DNA from: Nitrososphaerota archaeon
Lineage (GTDB): Archaea > Thermoproteota > Nitrososphaeria_A > Caldarchaeales > Calditenuaceae
Direction of reading: 5' to 3'
NCBI GenBank assembly: GCA_038845265.1
Contig: JAWBQR010000005.1
Coordinates: forward strand, 1 to 64,000
Length of the DNA: 64,000 bases
Below the pieces are notes generated by a model. That model was given only the letters and a program-made list of their open reading frames with translations. It was not told where the DNA came from and did no database searches. Made by a program: the position numbers and the translations under genes. Below, piece by piece: positions 19,801-30,233 of the stretch; positions within the stretch are counted from its first letter, which is position 1, and every line of letters begins with the position of its first letter.

Positions 19801-20103
19801 TTGGCAATACAAGGCCTTGAATGGATCATAGTTGCAGTAATTATATTGGTGTTCTTCTTATGGGGTCCTGAGAAGCTCCCAAAACTTGCAAGGTCACTTG
19901 GTCAAGCAAAGAAAGAATTCGAGAAAGCCAGTAAGGAGGCTGAGCAACAAATAACAGGAGTTACAACTGGAATAAGTGAAGAGATAAAGAAACAAGAAGA
20001 CCAGCTACTCGAGGTTGCGAGGACGCTTGGACTCTCAACTGAGGGTAAGACAAGAGATCAGATAGCAGAGGAAATATCCGCAAAATTAAAGCAGAAGGTC
20101 TAA
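19801..20103 (+). CDS. tatA: Twin-arginine translocase TatA/E subunit
   Basis: GLEWIIV..WGPEKLPKLARSLGQAKKEF; probable TTG start after AAGGAG. Confidence 0.9.
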   Translation: MAIQGLEWIIVAVIILVFFLWGPEKLPKLARSLGQAKKEFEKASKEAEQQITGVTTGISEEIKKQEDQLLEVARTLGLSTEGKTRDQIAEEISAKLKQKV

Positions 20104-20107
20104 GAAA

Positions 20108-20353
20108 ATGCTAAGTCCAATAGAACTAATCGGCATCATAATTCTTATAATAATCTTGATTATACTTCTAAAGCCTGAAACTTTGGTAAAGTTTGGTAAA
20201 GGACTCGGAGAGCTAAGGAGAGAGATGAAGCGTGGCGAGTCTATCGATGAAGAAACTTTGACGATTGCTAATAAGCTTGGAATAAGCACTGAAGGAAAAA
20301 CAAAGGAAGAAATACTTGAAGAGATAAGTAGAAAACTAAAAAGCAAAGCCTAA
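20108..20353 (+). CDS. Second TatA/B-like subunit
   Basis: TM helix + amphipathic GKGLGELRRE; C-terminus LGISTEGKTKEEI similar to upstream TatA. Confidence 0.8.
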   Translation: MLSPIELIGIIILIIILIILLKPETLVKFGKGLGELRREMKRGESIDEETLTIANKLGISTEGKTKEEILEEISRKLKSKA

Positions 20354-20374
20354 ATTATCTTAATTTGGGAAAAA

Positions 20375-21268
20375 ATGGGACCTAAGATGCGAGACCAGAA
20401 AGAGATGACTTTGTATGAGCATCTGATGGAGCTTAGAGACAGGCTTAAGGTTGTCGCAATTTTTTACATAGCATCTTTATTATTCTGGCTTGTTTTCCCA
20501 AAGAATCTAACGTTAGGCGAGTTAGGATCGATTATTACTGGCGAATATATCCCGATGATTACACTGGTCTTGGAGCATGCTGCGAGTATGTCGCATGGAT
20601 TAGTCAAACTTATACCTGGTACATTGACTTCTCCTCTCGAGATTTATTTTATAGCCGCGGCGCTCATGGCGCTAATAACCTCAATTCCTATAATTGGTTA
20701 TGAGTTTTACATGTATGTTGACCCTGCTCTCTACCCTCATGAAAGAAGGCTTATCTGGGGATTCATGGGGGCTTTCTTGTCGCTCTACGCAGTAGGAGCA
20801 TTCTTCAGCTATTTCTTTGTCGTCCCGCTCATAGTCAGATTTATGGTGATATTCGCACGCATAATTGGAATACCCCCAGAGCAGACATTTGTTACTGCGG
20901 GTGATTACTATATGCTTGTCTTCTCGACAGTCGCATTAATGGGCTTGTTATTCACCTCGCCCGCAATATTTGTATTGCTGGTAAGATTTGGCCTTATAAG
21001 CACATCAACATTCACGAAAAACCGACTATATGTATATGGACTCCTATACATTCTTATAGCATTCATTACTCCTGACGGCTGGCTAGTAGGAAATACAGTG
21101 CTATTCCTCCCGCTAGTAGTTCTTCTGGAAGTAGCAGTCATTGTTGCTAAACGCTTTGAGAAAGCGAGAGAGACGGGGGTCTATTCAGTTCCAAGGTGCA
21201 AGTTCTGCGGTGGCGAAGTACCGGAGGACAGTGTATTCTGCTCCAAGTGTGGAAGGTCACAAGAATAA
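20375..21268 (+). CDS. tatC: Twin-arginine translocase TatC with C-terminal Zn ribbon
   Basis: MTLYEHLMELRDRL, PALYPHERR, ITPD; C-terminal CKFCG..CSKCG. Confidence 0.93.
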   Translation: MGPKMRDQKEMTLYEHLMELRDRLKVVAIFYIASLLFWLVFPKNLTLGELGSIITGEYIPMITLVLEHAASMSHGLVKLIPGTLTSPLEIYFIAAALMALITSIPIIGYEFYMYVDPALYPHERRLIWGFMGAFLSLYAVGAFFSYFFVVPLIVRFMVIFARIIGIPPEQTFVTAGDYYMLVFSTVALMGLLFTSPAIFVLLVRFGLISTSTFTKNRLYVYGLLYILIAFITPDGWLVGNTVLFLPLVVLLEVAVIVAKRFEKARETGVYSVPRCKFCGGEVPEDSVFCSKCGRSQE

Positions 21269-21586
21269 CTATCTGAGAAGGGCTTTAATGGTCCCGGAGA
21301 TTCTTAGGACATCTATTGCTATCCACTCATCATTTAATTTGTTAACTAATGTTGTGCTAATCAATAGATATGGTAGGCCCCTTAAGCTGCATTTTAATAT
21401 GAAGTAGTTCTGCCTGTCCTTGATCTGCCAAGTCTTCAGACTGGTTACTGCCTTCCCGTTCCAGCCATATAGCTCGCATAGCTTATTCATTATTACTGAG
21501 TATAGCTGAGAAGCAGTTATACTGCCTGAAGATATTCTTACCCTGCAAAGTAAGTATCGCTTCTTAACCTTCAATTCGCCATACAC
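21269..21586 (-). CDS. rnp2: RNase P protein Pop5 (Rpp14/Pop5 family)
   Basis: KKRYLL, ISGTIKAL C-terminal motif; adjacent to Rpp30. Confidence 0.8.
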   Translation of the reverse strand: MYGELKVKKRYLLCRVRISSGSITASQLYSVIMNKLCELYGWNGKAVTSLKTWQIKDRQNYFILKCSLRGLPYLLISTTLVNKLNDEWIAIDVLRISGTIKALLR

Positions 21587-22244
21587 CAGTAGGTTCGAGC
21601 AGGCCCTTCAGCTTTTCCCTATTTTCCCTGAGGAGCTCTATTATTTTGCCGGAGACTGTATCGAGCGCCATATCTGGATGCACCCCTATGGCCAGCATCA
21701 CTGATGCTAACTGTCTAGGCGTCCTTATACCTGAAATCTCGCTTGCGCCAGAGGTCATGATGACCCGAATCCTATTCTTTCTTAGATAAGGGGCGAGTTT
21801 CATAACTCTGTAAAAAGATTCATATCCATACTCAAGAATATCGGATAATGCAACCTCAACTAGGTTATTCGCTACTGATACCATGTGGTGGTCTATAAAC
21901 GGGGCAGATGAATGACTCAATAATACTGTATCAACGCGATTATCTCTAAGAGCCGCCATTAAGACTTCTCTCTGATCGCTCCTAACTGAAATCAAGTCAT
22001 AGTACCATCTATGTCTAGACAACTCCTCGTAAAGCATTTCCCTGAGATTTACGTTAATTGTCTTACGCCTGAATAACTCTAATCCCAGCTGCGACGCTGC
22101 CTCAGAAGCTGCTCTGAATATCTCATCGTTTCCCTCTATGGCTATTGCGCTGAATCCAAGCTCTCCTACAAGTTTAACCATTCTCACAGCTTCGTCAGCA
22201 CTTATCGGCCTGAGCCAGGCATCAGTAAAAATTCTCTTACTCAT
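21564..22244 (-). CDS. rnp3: RNase P protein Rpp30
   Basis: AALRDNRVD, TSGASEISGIRTPRQL. Confidence 0.8.
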   Translation of the reverse strand: MSKRIFTDAWLRPISADEAVRMVKLVGELGFSAIAIEGNDEIFRAASEAASQLGLELFRRKTINVNLREMLYEELSRHRWYYDLISVRSDQREVLMAALRDNRVDTVLLSHSSAPFIDHHMVSVANNLVEVALSDILEYGYESFYRVMKLAPYLRKNRIRVIMTSGASEISGIRTPRQLASVMLAIGVHPDMALDTVSGKIIELLRENREKLKGLLEPTGVWRIEG

Positions 22245-22638
22245 TCAGGTTCCTCTCAGCTAAGATCAATGGATTAACAGCCGTTCTTATCTCGACCTTA
22301 ATCGGGTCTTCCTCGGTAGTCATTACCACGCCATGATAAGCAGTCTGCTTATCTATCCTTGCATGGAGAGTATAGAAAGCCTTGCCACTCTCCGTCCTCT
22401 CCCTTATGTATCTTTTATCAAGTTTACTAATTATGTATTTAGCAGCCCTAGCCGCATCTTCACCTGAGAGCTCCACCTCGATTACTGATAATGGCTCTCC
22501 AAAGACACCGGTCAGACGCGCAATTTTTGCATCAGGAATTCTTTCAAGATTAAGAACATTTCTCATAGCTAAGACTACTTTCTCCTCAGACTCAGTCGCC
22601 GAGCACAATGCCCTTACCTTTACCTGAAATTCACGCAT
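22237..22638 (-). CDS. DUF54 family predicted RNA-binding protein
   Basis: ATESEEKV, GVFGEP, RIDKQTAY; conserved context upstream of Rpp30. Confidence 0.8.
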   Translation of the reverse strand: MREFQVKVRALCSATESEEKVVLAMRNVLNLERIPDAKIARLTGVFGEPLSVIEVELSGEDAARAAKYIISKLDKRYIRERTESGKAFYTLHARIDKQTAYHGVVMTTEEDPIKVEIRTAVNPLILAERNLNE

Positions 22639-22691
22639 CCCTGCATCCCAGCATGTAAAGACTTAGTTTTAATGATTTTCTAATCTTGAAT

Positions 22692-23219
22692 TTAGTACCA
22701 TCTCTCCTTAAGGCCGATCAAGTAGGCAGCCGCATTTGTCCCGAGGTGCAGGAAGAACGTCAAGAAAATCAGAAAGATAATTGATAACTCGTTCACCCAG
22801 ATTGGAGGACCCATAACAGACCAAGCCGTAGCGATACTAAAAAATAAGAATCCAAGCTGGTCGAGAATTGGTGCAGCCCCGCCTCGCTTTATCCCAATCC
22901 TCCTCTTAATGAATGAGCCGAAGATATCGCCAACAATTGCCCCGATGCATAAGAGAACAAATTCAAGAAAACAGCGATATAGAAATGCCTGAAGCAAGGT
23001 GAGAACAAAACCAGCTATAATTCCGGCGATTAATCCCGAGATCAATCCTTCAAGAGTTTTTCCATCTCCTAAAATTCTTTTACCATCGAGGAATAATGTT
23101 CCTCCATCAAGCGGATGCGGATTCTTCACTAATCTGACAAATATTACTGGCGCTCCATTTGTAGCATAAGCGGGAAATATGTAGGCCATGATCATCAATG
23201 GGTCAAACAAATCTTTCAT
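22692..23219 (-). CDS. carS: CDP-archaeol synthase
   Basis: PAYATNGAP, PLDGG..DGKRILGDGKT, GDIFGSFIKRR, DQLGF. Confidence 0.93.
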   Translation of the reverse strand: MKDLFDPLMIMAYIFPAYATNGAPVIFVRLVKNPHPLDGGTLFLDGKRILGDGKTLEGLISGLIAGIIAGFVLTLLQAFLYRCFLEFVLLCIGAIVGDIFGSFIKRRIGIKRGGAAPILDQLGFLFFSIATAWSVMGPPIWVNELSIIFLIFLTFFLHLGTNAAAYLIGLKERWY

Positions 23220-23327
23220 ACATCATCCGATCTCAGAGTAATAAATACCTTGAGTACTACTTAATTCAATGCTTCAATGTTTAACAAATAATCATAAATT
23301 GTCCCTAACAATTATGTCTGGCTGGAG

Positions 23328-24095
23328 ATGTATAAGGCAGTCATACTTGACCTTGATGGAACCGTATATGTCGGTACACAACTAACACCTGGAGCGAAAG
23401 AAGGTATAGAGGAACTAAGAAGACTTGGGTTCAAAATCATGTTTTTGACCAATAACTCAATGGTCTCGCGCAGAATGATTATTAGAAAACTCGACGAAAT
23501 GGGCATAGAGGCCAAGGTCGATGAGGTACTAAATTCAGGAGCTGCGACTGCAATTTACTTAAAAAATAGGATGAGGAATGTCAAGGTCTTCGTGGTGGGT
23601 GAAATTGGCCTCGTGGAAGAGCTCCTCATTCATGGGCATGAAATTGTAAGTGATTATAGACAAGCTGAGGCAGTAGTCGTGGGTGGTGATAGATATTTGA
23701 CATATAATAAGCTTCTAGATGCACACCGCGCAATCATTAAAGGAGCGCTATTCGTGGCCACAAATAGGGACCATGCATTAATGGAGGAGGACGGCCCCGT
23801 CCCCGGAGCAGGCGCCGTGGTAGCATATCTTGAAACTTCGACAGGAGTCAAGCCGATAGTCATAGGTAAGCCTGAAAGATATATTGCAGACCTCGCCCTC
23901 CAACTACTAAATGTCACTCCAGATGAGGCGGTCATGGTCGGCGACAATATCGCAACCGATTTAGAATTAGCAAAAAAGGCCGGCATGAGGGGCATCTTAA
24001 TTAGGACAGGATTAGGAAAAAACAAAGCTCCTGAATCTATCACCTCTGTTAATAATCTTTTAGAGCTTCCCAGAATTTTGCTTAATAAGCAATAA
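23328..24095 (+). CDS. HAD-IIA family phosphatase (NagD-like)
   Basis: DLDGT, LTNNS, GKP, MVGDNIATD. Confidence 0.9.
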   Translation: MYKAVILDLDGTVYVGTQLTPGAKEGIEELRRLGFKIMFLTNNSMVSRRMIIRKLDEMGIEAKVDEVLNSGAATAIYLKNRMRNVKVFVVGEIGLVEELLIHGHEIVSDYRQAEAVVVGGDRYLTYNKLLDAHRAIIKGALFVATNRDHALMEEDGPVPGAGAVVAYLETSTGVKPIVIGKPERYIADLALQLLNVTPDEAVMVGDNIATDLELAKKAGMRGILIRTGLGKNKAPESITSVNNLLELPRILLNKQ

Positions 24096-24101
24096 TACAG
24101 C

Positions 24102-25979
24102 TTACATTTCTACCAGTATAGGAAGTCCTATCACTTCCAACAATCCAGACTGTGATAGAATGTATGACTCAACCAATGCAAGTCTAAATCCAGCTAAAAC
24201 ACCAGAACCTATTACTGGACAATTCTCGTAAAATTCGTTGAACCTCGTCGCAAGTAGTCTTGAATGCGTGATGAGTTTCTTGATCAGCATAGTTTCTAAA
24301 GTTTCCTCGACGATTAAGGGAAGGTGCGAGATAGCCCTGACCAGTTCTTTCTCGCTCTGCTCAAGTCTTTCTGGTGCTTCTGGATTTTTAGTGATTCCAG
24401 CATCAGATGCTTTCTCCAATATTCTAAACGCCCTTGCAACTGAGTATAATATGTATGGACCTGTGTCACCTTCTATTTTTGTTGATTCCTCAAGGTCAAA
24501 AATAACACTTTTGTCAGTATCAGCTTTGAGTATCGAGTATCTCAGAGAGGCTATTGCAATTGCCTCAGAGACTTTTTCCAATTTCTCTCTATCCCAATCT
24601 GGATGTCTCTTTATCGTCTCAGAGACCGCAAGTTCTTTTAATCTGTCAAGAACTTCGTCTACCTTGAAGTAGATTCCCCTACGACCACTCATGTGTACCT
24701 GTTTTGCCTCAGTAGCCATTCCCAGCATCTTTGCAGACCGTGAGCTCAGAGTAACTGGTTCATATGAAAAGTGAATATATCTAGATGGATCTATCCCAAT
24801 TTTTGAGAGTGCATATTTAATTACTGACTGAGGCCTCTTTTGTCTGGAATCAATGACGGTTATAACTAGCTTGGGACGACCTCTATCAAATGTCCTATCC
24901 CCTGTGAGGTCGGTTATCAATATGTCCGTCCCATCTAAGTTCTTGCCCCATGATGAGTATCTGAAGTCTGCTGAGGATTCGCCGAGTTTCCAGATCGCGA
25001 ATCCTATGTCTCTCGCTACATATGTTGTTCCACCATCACTTTTAACTAGAATTTCGTCTCCCTCTTTTGATAAGACTTCATGCCCAGAGAGGTCTATGCA
25101 CCAGCATCCCTTCTCTGCTCCCTTCTCAGCTAGGTAGATTGCCCCCGATTCCTTGAGGCGTCGAAAGGCCTCATCCCAAAGATTAAAAGTAATCACATCA
25201 CTTTCTCTGCATAGTAAGTCATACCTAGCGCCCAGCCTGGCGCACGTTTTTAACTGCTCCTTCAACACCTTGTCAGCGATTATCCTGGCTTTTCTAAAAG
25301 CCTCTGAGCCTCTTATCTCTATCTGCCTAGCTAATTCTCGCCGCTTGACATCAATAATGGGGTCTGTTTCTGCTTTTTTGTTAACCTCCACATAGACGAT
25401 ATCTCCGCAATACTCATCGAAGCGCATTCCCGGCGGCGCTTCTTCGCTGTATCCTAGTTCCATGAATCCTAAGAGGAGTTCAGCCATCTGAGCCCCGCTA
25501 TCATCTATATAGTTAAGGACCGCAACGTTGTATCCTACTTTTGAGTATAGTCTAGCGAGAAGGTCACCTATGCAGACATTTCTGGCATGACCTATGTGGA
25601 GAGCCTTATTTGGATTAACGCTTGTATGTTCTATCAGGACCCGATCTCCTTTACCTATATTGGTAAAACCGTACTGCCGTCCCACCCTTAATACTTCATT
25701 GATGGTTAAGCTCGCGAATCTTCTCCAGTTGACACGAAAATTAAGATAGCCAGGCGACGCTACCTCTATCGACTCGATCAATTCTGAATGACCTATCTTG
25801 GACTTAATACTCTCAGCAAGCTTTAATGGATTTTCTCCACATTTGCTCGCAATCTCAAGTGGTAAAGGCGAATAGGCCTCCCCAAATTCCGAGGATTTAG
25901 GAAGACCAACTCTGGCGCCAGGATATCCAGCCCTCTCTAAGAGGGACCTAGCCTCCTCGAATACTCTCTTAATTGTCAA
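24102..25979 (-). CDS. argS: Arginine--tRNA ligase
   Basis: EHTSVNPNKALHIGHARN, MSGRRG, GDTGPYILY. Confidence 0.96.
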   Translation of the reverse strand: MTIKRVFEEARSLLERAGYPGARVGLPKSSEFGEAYSPLPLEIASKCGENPLKLAESIKSKIGHSELIESIEVASPGYLNFRVNWRRFASLTINEVLRVGRQYGFTNIGKGDRVLIEHTSVNPNKALHIGHARNVCIGDLLARLYSKVGYNVAVLNYIDDSGAQMAELLLGFMELGYSEEAPPGMRFDEYCGDIVYVEVNKKAETDPIIDVKRRELARQIEIRGSEAFRKARIIADKVLKEQLKTCARLGARYDLLCRESDVITFNLWDEAFRRLKESGAIYLAEKGAEKGCWCIDLSGHEVLSKEGDEILVKSDGGTTYVARDIGFAIWKLGESSADFRYSSWGKNLDGTDILITDLTGDRTFDRGRPKLVITVIDSRQKRPQSVIKYALSKIGIDPSRYIHFSYEPVTLSSRSAKMLGMATEAKQVHMSGRRGIYFKVDEVLDRLKELAVSETIKRHPDWDREKLEKVSEAIAIASLRYSILKADTDKSVIFDLEESTKIEGDTGPYILYSVARAFRILEKASDAGITKNPEAPERLEQSEKELVRAISHLPLIVEETLETMLIKKLITHSRLLATRFNEFYENCPVIGSGVLAGFRLALVESYILSQSGLLEVIGLPILVEM

Positions 25980-26127
25980 GTATTCAACGTTCCTCCCTGA
26001 ATACTATCACTGTCTAGTTCCCTATGCTCTGATATAAACCGACAGCGGCATAAATTAAGAGCCTACCCCAAGGATGCGAGTCATAATTTAAAAGTAGCTC
26101 CACGCTAGTTAGTCATAGTTAGGTAAA

Positions 26128-27285
26128 ATGCCCACTAACCTTCCAGCCGAAGCGAAAGCAAAGATGGCCGAGTACCAAGCCGCAAAAACAAACGAAGAAA
26201 AAATCAGGATACTTACTGAAGCGCTAAGCCTAATACCAGACCATAAGGGAACAGAGAAACTGAGAAGACAGCTACGAAAAAGGCTCGCAGAACTAAGAAG
26301 AGAAGAAGAGGAAAGAAGGAGAAAAAGAGTAGGAGGCACATCTGTCTTTTCCGTAAAAAAGGAGGGATGGGCACAGATCTCCCTCATCGGAGCTGCAAAC
26401 TCAGGAAAATCAAGCATTTTAAACATGCTGACAGGCGCATCATCTCCAGTAGCTAATTATCCCCTGACAACACAGAAGCCATATCTGGGAATGATGATCT
26501 ACGAGAATGCAGAGATTCAAATAGTCGACCTACCATCCATCCTAACTCAAGAACTAGAAGAGACAAGCTTTGCATCTAAGTCTATAGGGATTGCGAGAAA
26601 CAGTGATCTTTTAGCAATCGTGGTCGATCCAACTAACAATCCGTCAGAGCAGCTAAAAGCCATCATAAATGTTCTGAAGAATCACGGAATAAGTGTGGAA
26701 AAGAAAAAATGCGAGGTAGTTGTGGAAAAGAAAGACAGCGGTGGATTAAGGATAGTAACAATGGGTAAAACCGATTTTTCTTACCTAGAATTGAGGCAAT
26801 TACTCATAGATCTGGGCTTTAGGTCTGCAGTAATTAAGATATTTGGAGACGCGACTCTTGAGGAAGTTCAAGAACAAATCCTCACTGAGACTACATTTAA
26901 AAAAGCGGCTGTCATATTTAACAAATCAGACATGATTTCTATGAGTCAGATAAGGGAAGCCATCAAGCTGGCTGAGACATATGGACTGAGATGGATTCTG
27001 ACCTCTGCCATCTCGGAGGATAAAAAATACGATTTAATGAAATTCCTATTTGAATCACTAGAAATGATTAGGGTTTATACGCAGAAGGATGGACAGCCAT
27101 CACCGAAGCCCCTCCTCCTGCCACGCGGAACGACTGTTCAAGAATTAGCCGAGATTATACATAGGGAACTTGCAAAAAACATGAAATATGCGAAGGTCTG
27201 GGGCAGCTCTGTTAAGATTCAGGGACAACGCGTAGGCCCAGAATTTATTCTAAGTGATGGTGATCTTGTTGAAATTAAAGACTGA
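26128..27285 (+). CDS. DRG/OBG family GTPase with TGS domain
   Basis: MPTNLP, PDHKGTEKL, GAANSGKS, DLP, NKSD, KVWGSSVKIQGQRVG. Confidence 0.92.
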   Translation: MPTNLPAEAKAKMAEYQAAKTNEEKIRILTEALSLIPDHKGTEKLRRQLRKRLAELRREEEERRRKRVGGTSVFSVKKEGWAQISLIGAANSGKSSILNMLTGASSPVANYPLTTQKPYLGMMIYENAEIQIVDLPSILTQELEETSFASKSIGIARNSDLLAIVVDPTNNPSEQLKAIINVLKNHGISVEKKKCEVVVEKKDSGGLRIVTMGKTDFSYLELRQLLIDLGFRSAVIKIFGDATLEEVQEQILTETTFKKAAVIFNKSDMISMSQIREAIKLAETYGLRWILTSAISEDKKYDLMKFLFESLEMIRVYTQKDGQPSPKPLLLPRGTTVQELAEIIHRELAKNMKYAKVWGSSVKIQGQRVGPEFILSDGDLVEIKD

Positions 27286-27413
27286 GCTAAAAAATATGTA
27301 AGCTAAATCTAAATAATATAGTATTTTCTTCAAATAAAATACAAATTTTAATCAATTATTGGGGCAAACAGATATGTTCATATGGTAATCAACAACTATT
27401 ATATTCTTTGGAA

Positions 27414-28427
27414 ATGGACGTTAAAGTTGCGATTAATGGATTTGGAAGAATTGGCCGCCTATTCTTTAGGGCTGCGTATGAGAAAGACAGAAATTTCCAA
27501 ATAGTAGCAGTAAATGATGTTGCAGATACAAAGACCCTGGCGCATCTATTGAAATATGACTCAACCCACGGCAAGTTTCCCCACGAGGTCAAGGCAGAAG
27601 ACGACTACATAATAGTTGACGGTAATAAGATCAGAGTATTCAGTCAACCTGACCCCTCAGCCCTACCATGGCGAGACCTAGATGTATACTTAGTAATCGA
27701 GTCAACAGGCAGATTTACTGAGAGGACAGAAGCCTTCAAGCATATTAAAGCCGGCGCCAAAAAAGTAATAATCACTGCACCTGCAAAAGACCCCGACCTA
27801 ACTATAGTTATAGGAGTAAACCACAAAGAATATGACCCGTCCAAACACCACATAGTATCAAATGCTTCTTGCACAACCAATGCCGTAGCACCAGTAGCAA
27901 AGGTTCTTCATGAGAACTTTGGAATTAGAGCTGCATTAATGAATACTGCTCACGCATATACTAATGATCAGAGAATACTTGACCTTGTCCATAAAGATCT
28001 ACGAAGAGCTAGGGCCGGAGCAACAAACATAATTCCGACCACGACTGGGGCAGCTAGGGCTGCCACGCTGGTCCTCCCAGAGTTAAAGGGCAAGATGGAT
28101 GGAATAGCCATAAGAGTACCAGTACCAAACGTATCTATCGTTGACCTTACGGCAGTTCTTGAAAAGCCAGCTAATCCAACCGAGATAAACTCAAAGTTTA
28201 AGGAGGCCGCTGAGGGAGAACTTAAAGGAATTCTTGCCTACACTGAAGAACCCATCGTCTCTTCTGACGTAAACCACACTACCTATTCCGCCATAGTTGA
28301 TGGATTATCTACAATGGTGGTTGAGGGAATACTTGCGAAAGTCCTCGCATGGTATGATAATGAATGGGCATTCTCCTGTAGGCTCGTAGAACTTGCAGAG
28401 CTGATGATTGAAAAAGCAGGAGTATAG
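27414..28427 (+). CDS. gap: Glyceraldehyde-3-phosphate dehydrogenase, type I (bacterial/eukaryotic class)
   Basis: VAINGFGRIGR, LKYDSTHG, SNASCTTN, NIIPTTTGAA, AWYDNEW. Confidence 0.95.
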   Translation: MDVKVAINGFGRIGRLFFRAAYEKDRNFQIVAVNDVADTKTLAHLLKYDSTHGKFPHEVKAEDDYIIVDGNKIRVFSQPDPSALPWRDLDVYLVIESTGRFTERTEAFKHIKAGAKKVIITAPAKDPDLTIVIGVNHKEYDPSKHHIVSNASCTTNAVAPVAKVLHENFGIRAALMNTAHAYTNDQRILDLVHKDLRRARAGATNIIPTTTGAARAATLVLPELKGKMDGIAIRVPVPNVSIVDLTAVLEKPANPTEINSKFKEAAEGELKGILAYTEEPIVSSDVNHTTYSAIVDGLSTMVVEGILAKVLAWYDNEWAFSCRLVELAELMIEKAGV

Positions 28428-28438
28428 CTGCATAAGAA

Positions 28439-29674
28439 ATGAGACCATTAGGTATCAAAACTCTTGATGACCTAGATGCGAACGATAAGAGGATACTAGT
28501 TAGATGCGATTTTAACTCTCCGATCGATCCGAATACAAAACACATAGTTGATGATACGAGGATAAGAATACATGCTGACACGACTATTAGAGAATTAGTC
28601 AATAAAGGTGGTAAGATTGTTATAATTGCTCATCAGGGAAGACCAGGCGACCCGGATTTTACGACTATGAAGGAACATGCTGAGATTCTTTCAAGGATAC
28701 TCAACGTACCAGTAAGGTATGTTGATGATGTGATTGGTGAAAAAGCAATAAATTCAATTAAATCAATCAGGATGGGAGAGATACTTCTGCTTGAGAATGT
28801 TAGGACCCTGCCATACGAGACGAAAAGCGGTAAGCCTGAGGAGCACGCAAAGACAGAGTTAGTATCTAAGCTGGCGCCACTATTTGATTGCTTCGTTAAT
28901 GATGCATTCTCAGCATCTCACAGAGCACATGCCTCAATCGTGGGGTTTACAGCTGTTCTTCCAAGCTATGCCGGCAGAGTCATGGAGAGAGAACTTACCA
29001 CTCTAATGAGGGTATCAACTAGTTCTGAAAAGCCATGTGTATATGTGCTCGGCGGCGCCAAGGCGGATGACTCACTAGCTATAACAAAGCACGTACTTGA
29101 TAATAACATCGCTGAATATGTCTTGACAGGTGGACTTGTCGGCCAATTATTTTTACATGCCTCTGGACATGACTTAGGCATGATAAATCAAAAGTTTATC
29201 AAAGAGCAAGATTTAGAAAAACTCGAACCAGAGATAAGGAATGTTTTATCAAGGTACCCAGATAAAATAAAGCTACCTATAGACCTCGCAGTCGACGTGG
29301 GTGGAGAAAGGGTAGAAATCTCAATTTATGATTTACCTACAGAATATCAGATAATGGACATCGGAGATAAAACGATTAATGAGTATCGAAAAATACTCTC
29401 GGATGCGAGGTCAGTCTTTATAAGCGGACCCATGGGAGTTTTTGAGAGAGAGCAATTCACTAAAGGTACGAAAGAAGTTTTCTCCGCGGCAGCTAGAGAG
29501 GATAAATTTACAGTAGCAGGTGGCGGACACACTACTGCAGCCATTGAAAAGTTTGGACTAAAGAATAAGCTAAGCTACATAAGCACCGCTGGAGGTGCAT
29601 TAGTCGAATATTTGATGGGGCGAAGTCTTCCAGGAGTCGAGGCATTAAAAGAGTCTGCCAAAAGAATGAAGTAA
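28439..29674 (+). CDS. pgk: Phosphoglycerate kinase
   Basis: RCDFNSP, AHQGRPG, NDAFSASHR, AGGGHT, ISTAGGA. Confidence 0.96.
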   Translation: MRPLGIKTLDDLDANDKRILVRCDFNSPIDPNTKHIVDDTRIRIHADTTIRELVNKGGKIVIIAHQGRPGDPDFTTMKEHAEILSRILNVPVRYVDDVIGEKAINSIKSIRMGEILLLENVRTLPYETKSGKPEEHAKTELVSKLAPLFDCFVNDAFSASHRAHASIVGFTAVLPSYAGRVMERELTTLMRVSTSSEKPCVYVLGGAKADDSLAITKHVLDNNIAEYVLTGGLVGQLFLHASGHDLGMINQKFIKEQDLEKLEPEIRNVLSRYPDKIKLPIDLAVDVGGERVEISIYDLPTEYQIMDIGDKTINEYRKILSDARSVFISGPMGVFEREQFTKGTKEVFSAAAREDKFTVAGGGHTTAAIEKFGLKNKLSYISTAGGALVEYLMGRSLPGVEALKESAKRMK

Positions 29675-29727
29675 GTTGATTCAACTTTAAAAACAACTAT
29701 TTACAGAAAAACTAGGGGCCGACAACA

Positions 29728-29976
29728 TTGATGTATCCCGAAATCGAAGCTATACTTTTACTAATCATCATTATATCGGGTATTCTATCGGTAGAAGTGA
29801 GAAGTCTCGTTAAGTCCGTCATGTGCCTATTCATATTTACACTAAGCTTGGGATTACTTTTCATTGTCTTTGGCGCATTTCATGTCGGATTATTCCAGAT
29901 ACTTGCATATTCTGGCGGCGCAGTCGCACTATTTTTAATAGTCATAATGCTGACGAGGAGGGTTGAAGAAACTTGA
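29728..29976 (+). CDS. NuoJ-like N-terminal membrane subunit
   Basis: 3 TM helices; FQILAYSGGAVALFLIVIML resembles NuoJ QxxxYxGA motif. Confidence 0.75.
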   Translation: MMYPEIEAILLLIIIISGILSVEVRSLVKSVMCLFIFTLSLGLLFIVFGAFHVGLFQILAYSGGAVALFLIVIMLTRRVEET

Positions 29977-30230
29977 AAACAAGTGAGATTATAGGAACTA
30001 CGGCTTCAGTAATTTTCGCCGCTATTATCATAATTATTTTTGCGTCTAATCCACCGCTATATATTTACTGGAATGAAAACCTAAATAGGCTTTCTAATCT
30101 TGGAATAAATGAATTAGGATCTGTCATTGGAAGATATATATGGATGGAGCTTCTTCCCGCAGTAATTGGATTCTTAATGGTGATAATTGCCTTAATCTTT
30201 GGAGCCTCGGCGCTGCTGAGGAGGGAGTAG
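29973..30230 (+). CDS. NuoJ-like C-terminal membrane subunit
   Basis: 2 TM helices; IGRYIW..LP..IALIFGASALLRRE resembles NuoJ C-terminus. Confidence 0.65.
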   Translation: MKTSEIIGTTASVIFAAIIIIIFASNPPLYIYWNENLNRLSNLGINELGSVIGRYIWMELLPAVIGFLMVIIALIFGASALLRRE

Positions 30231-30233
30231 GAC

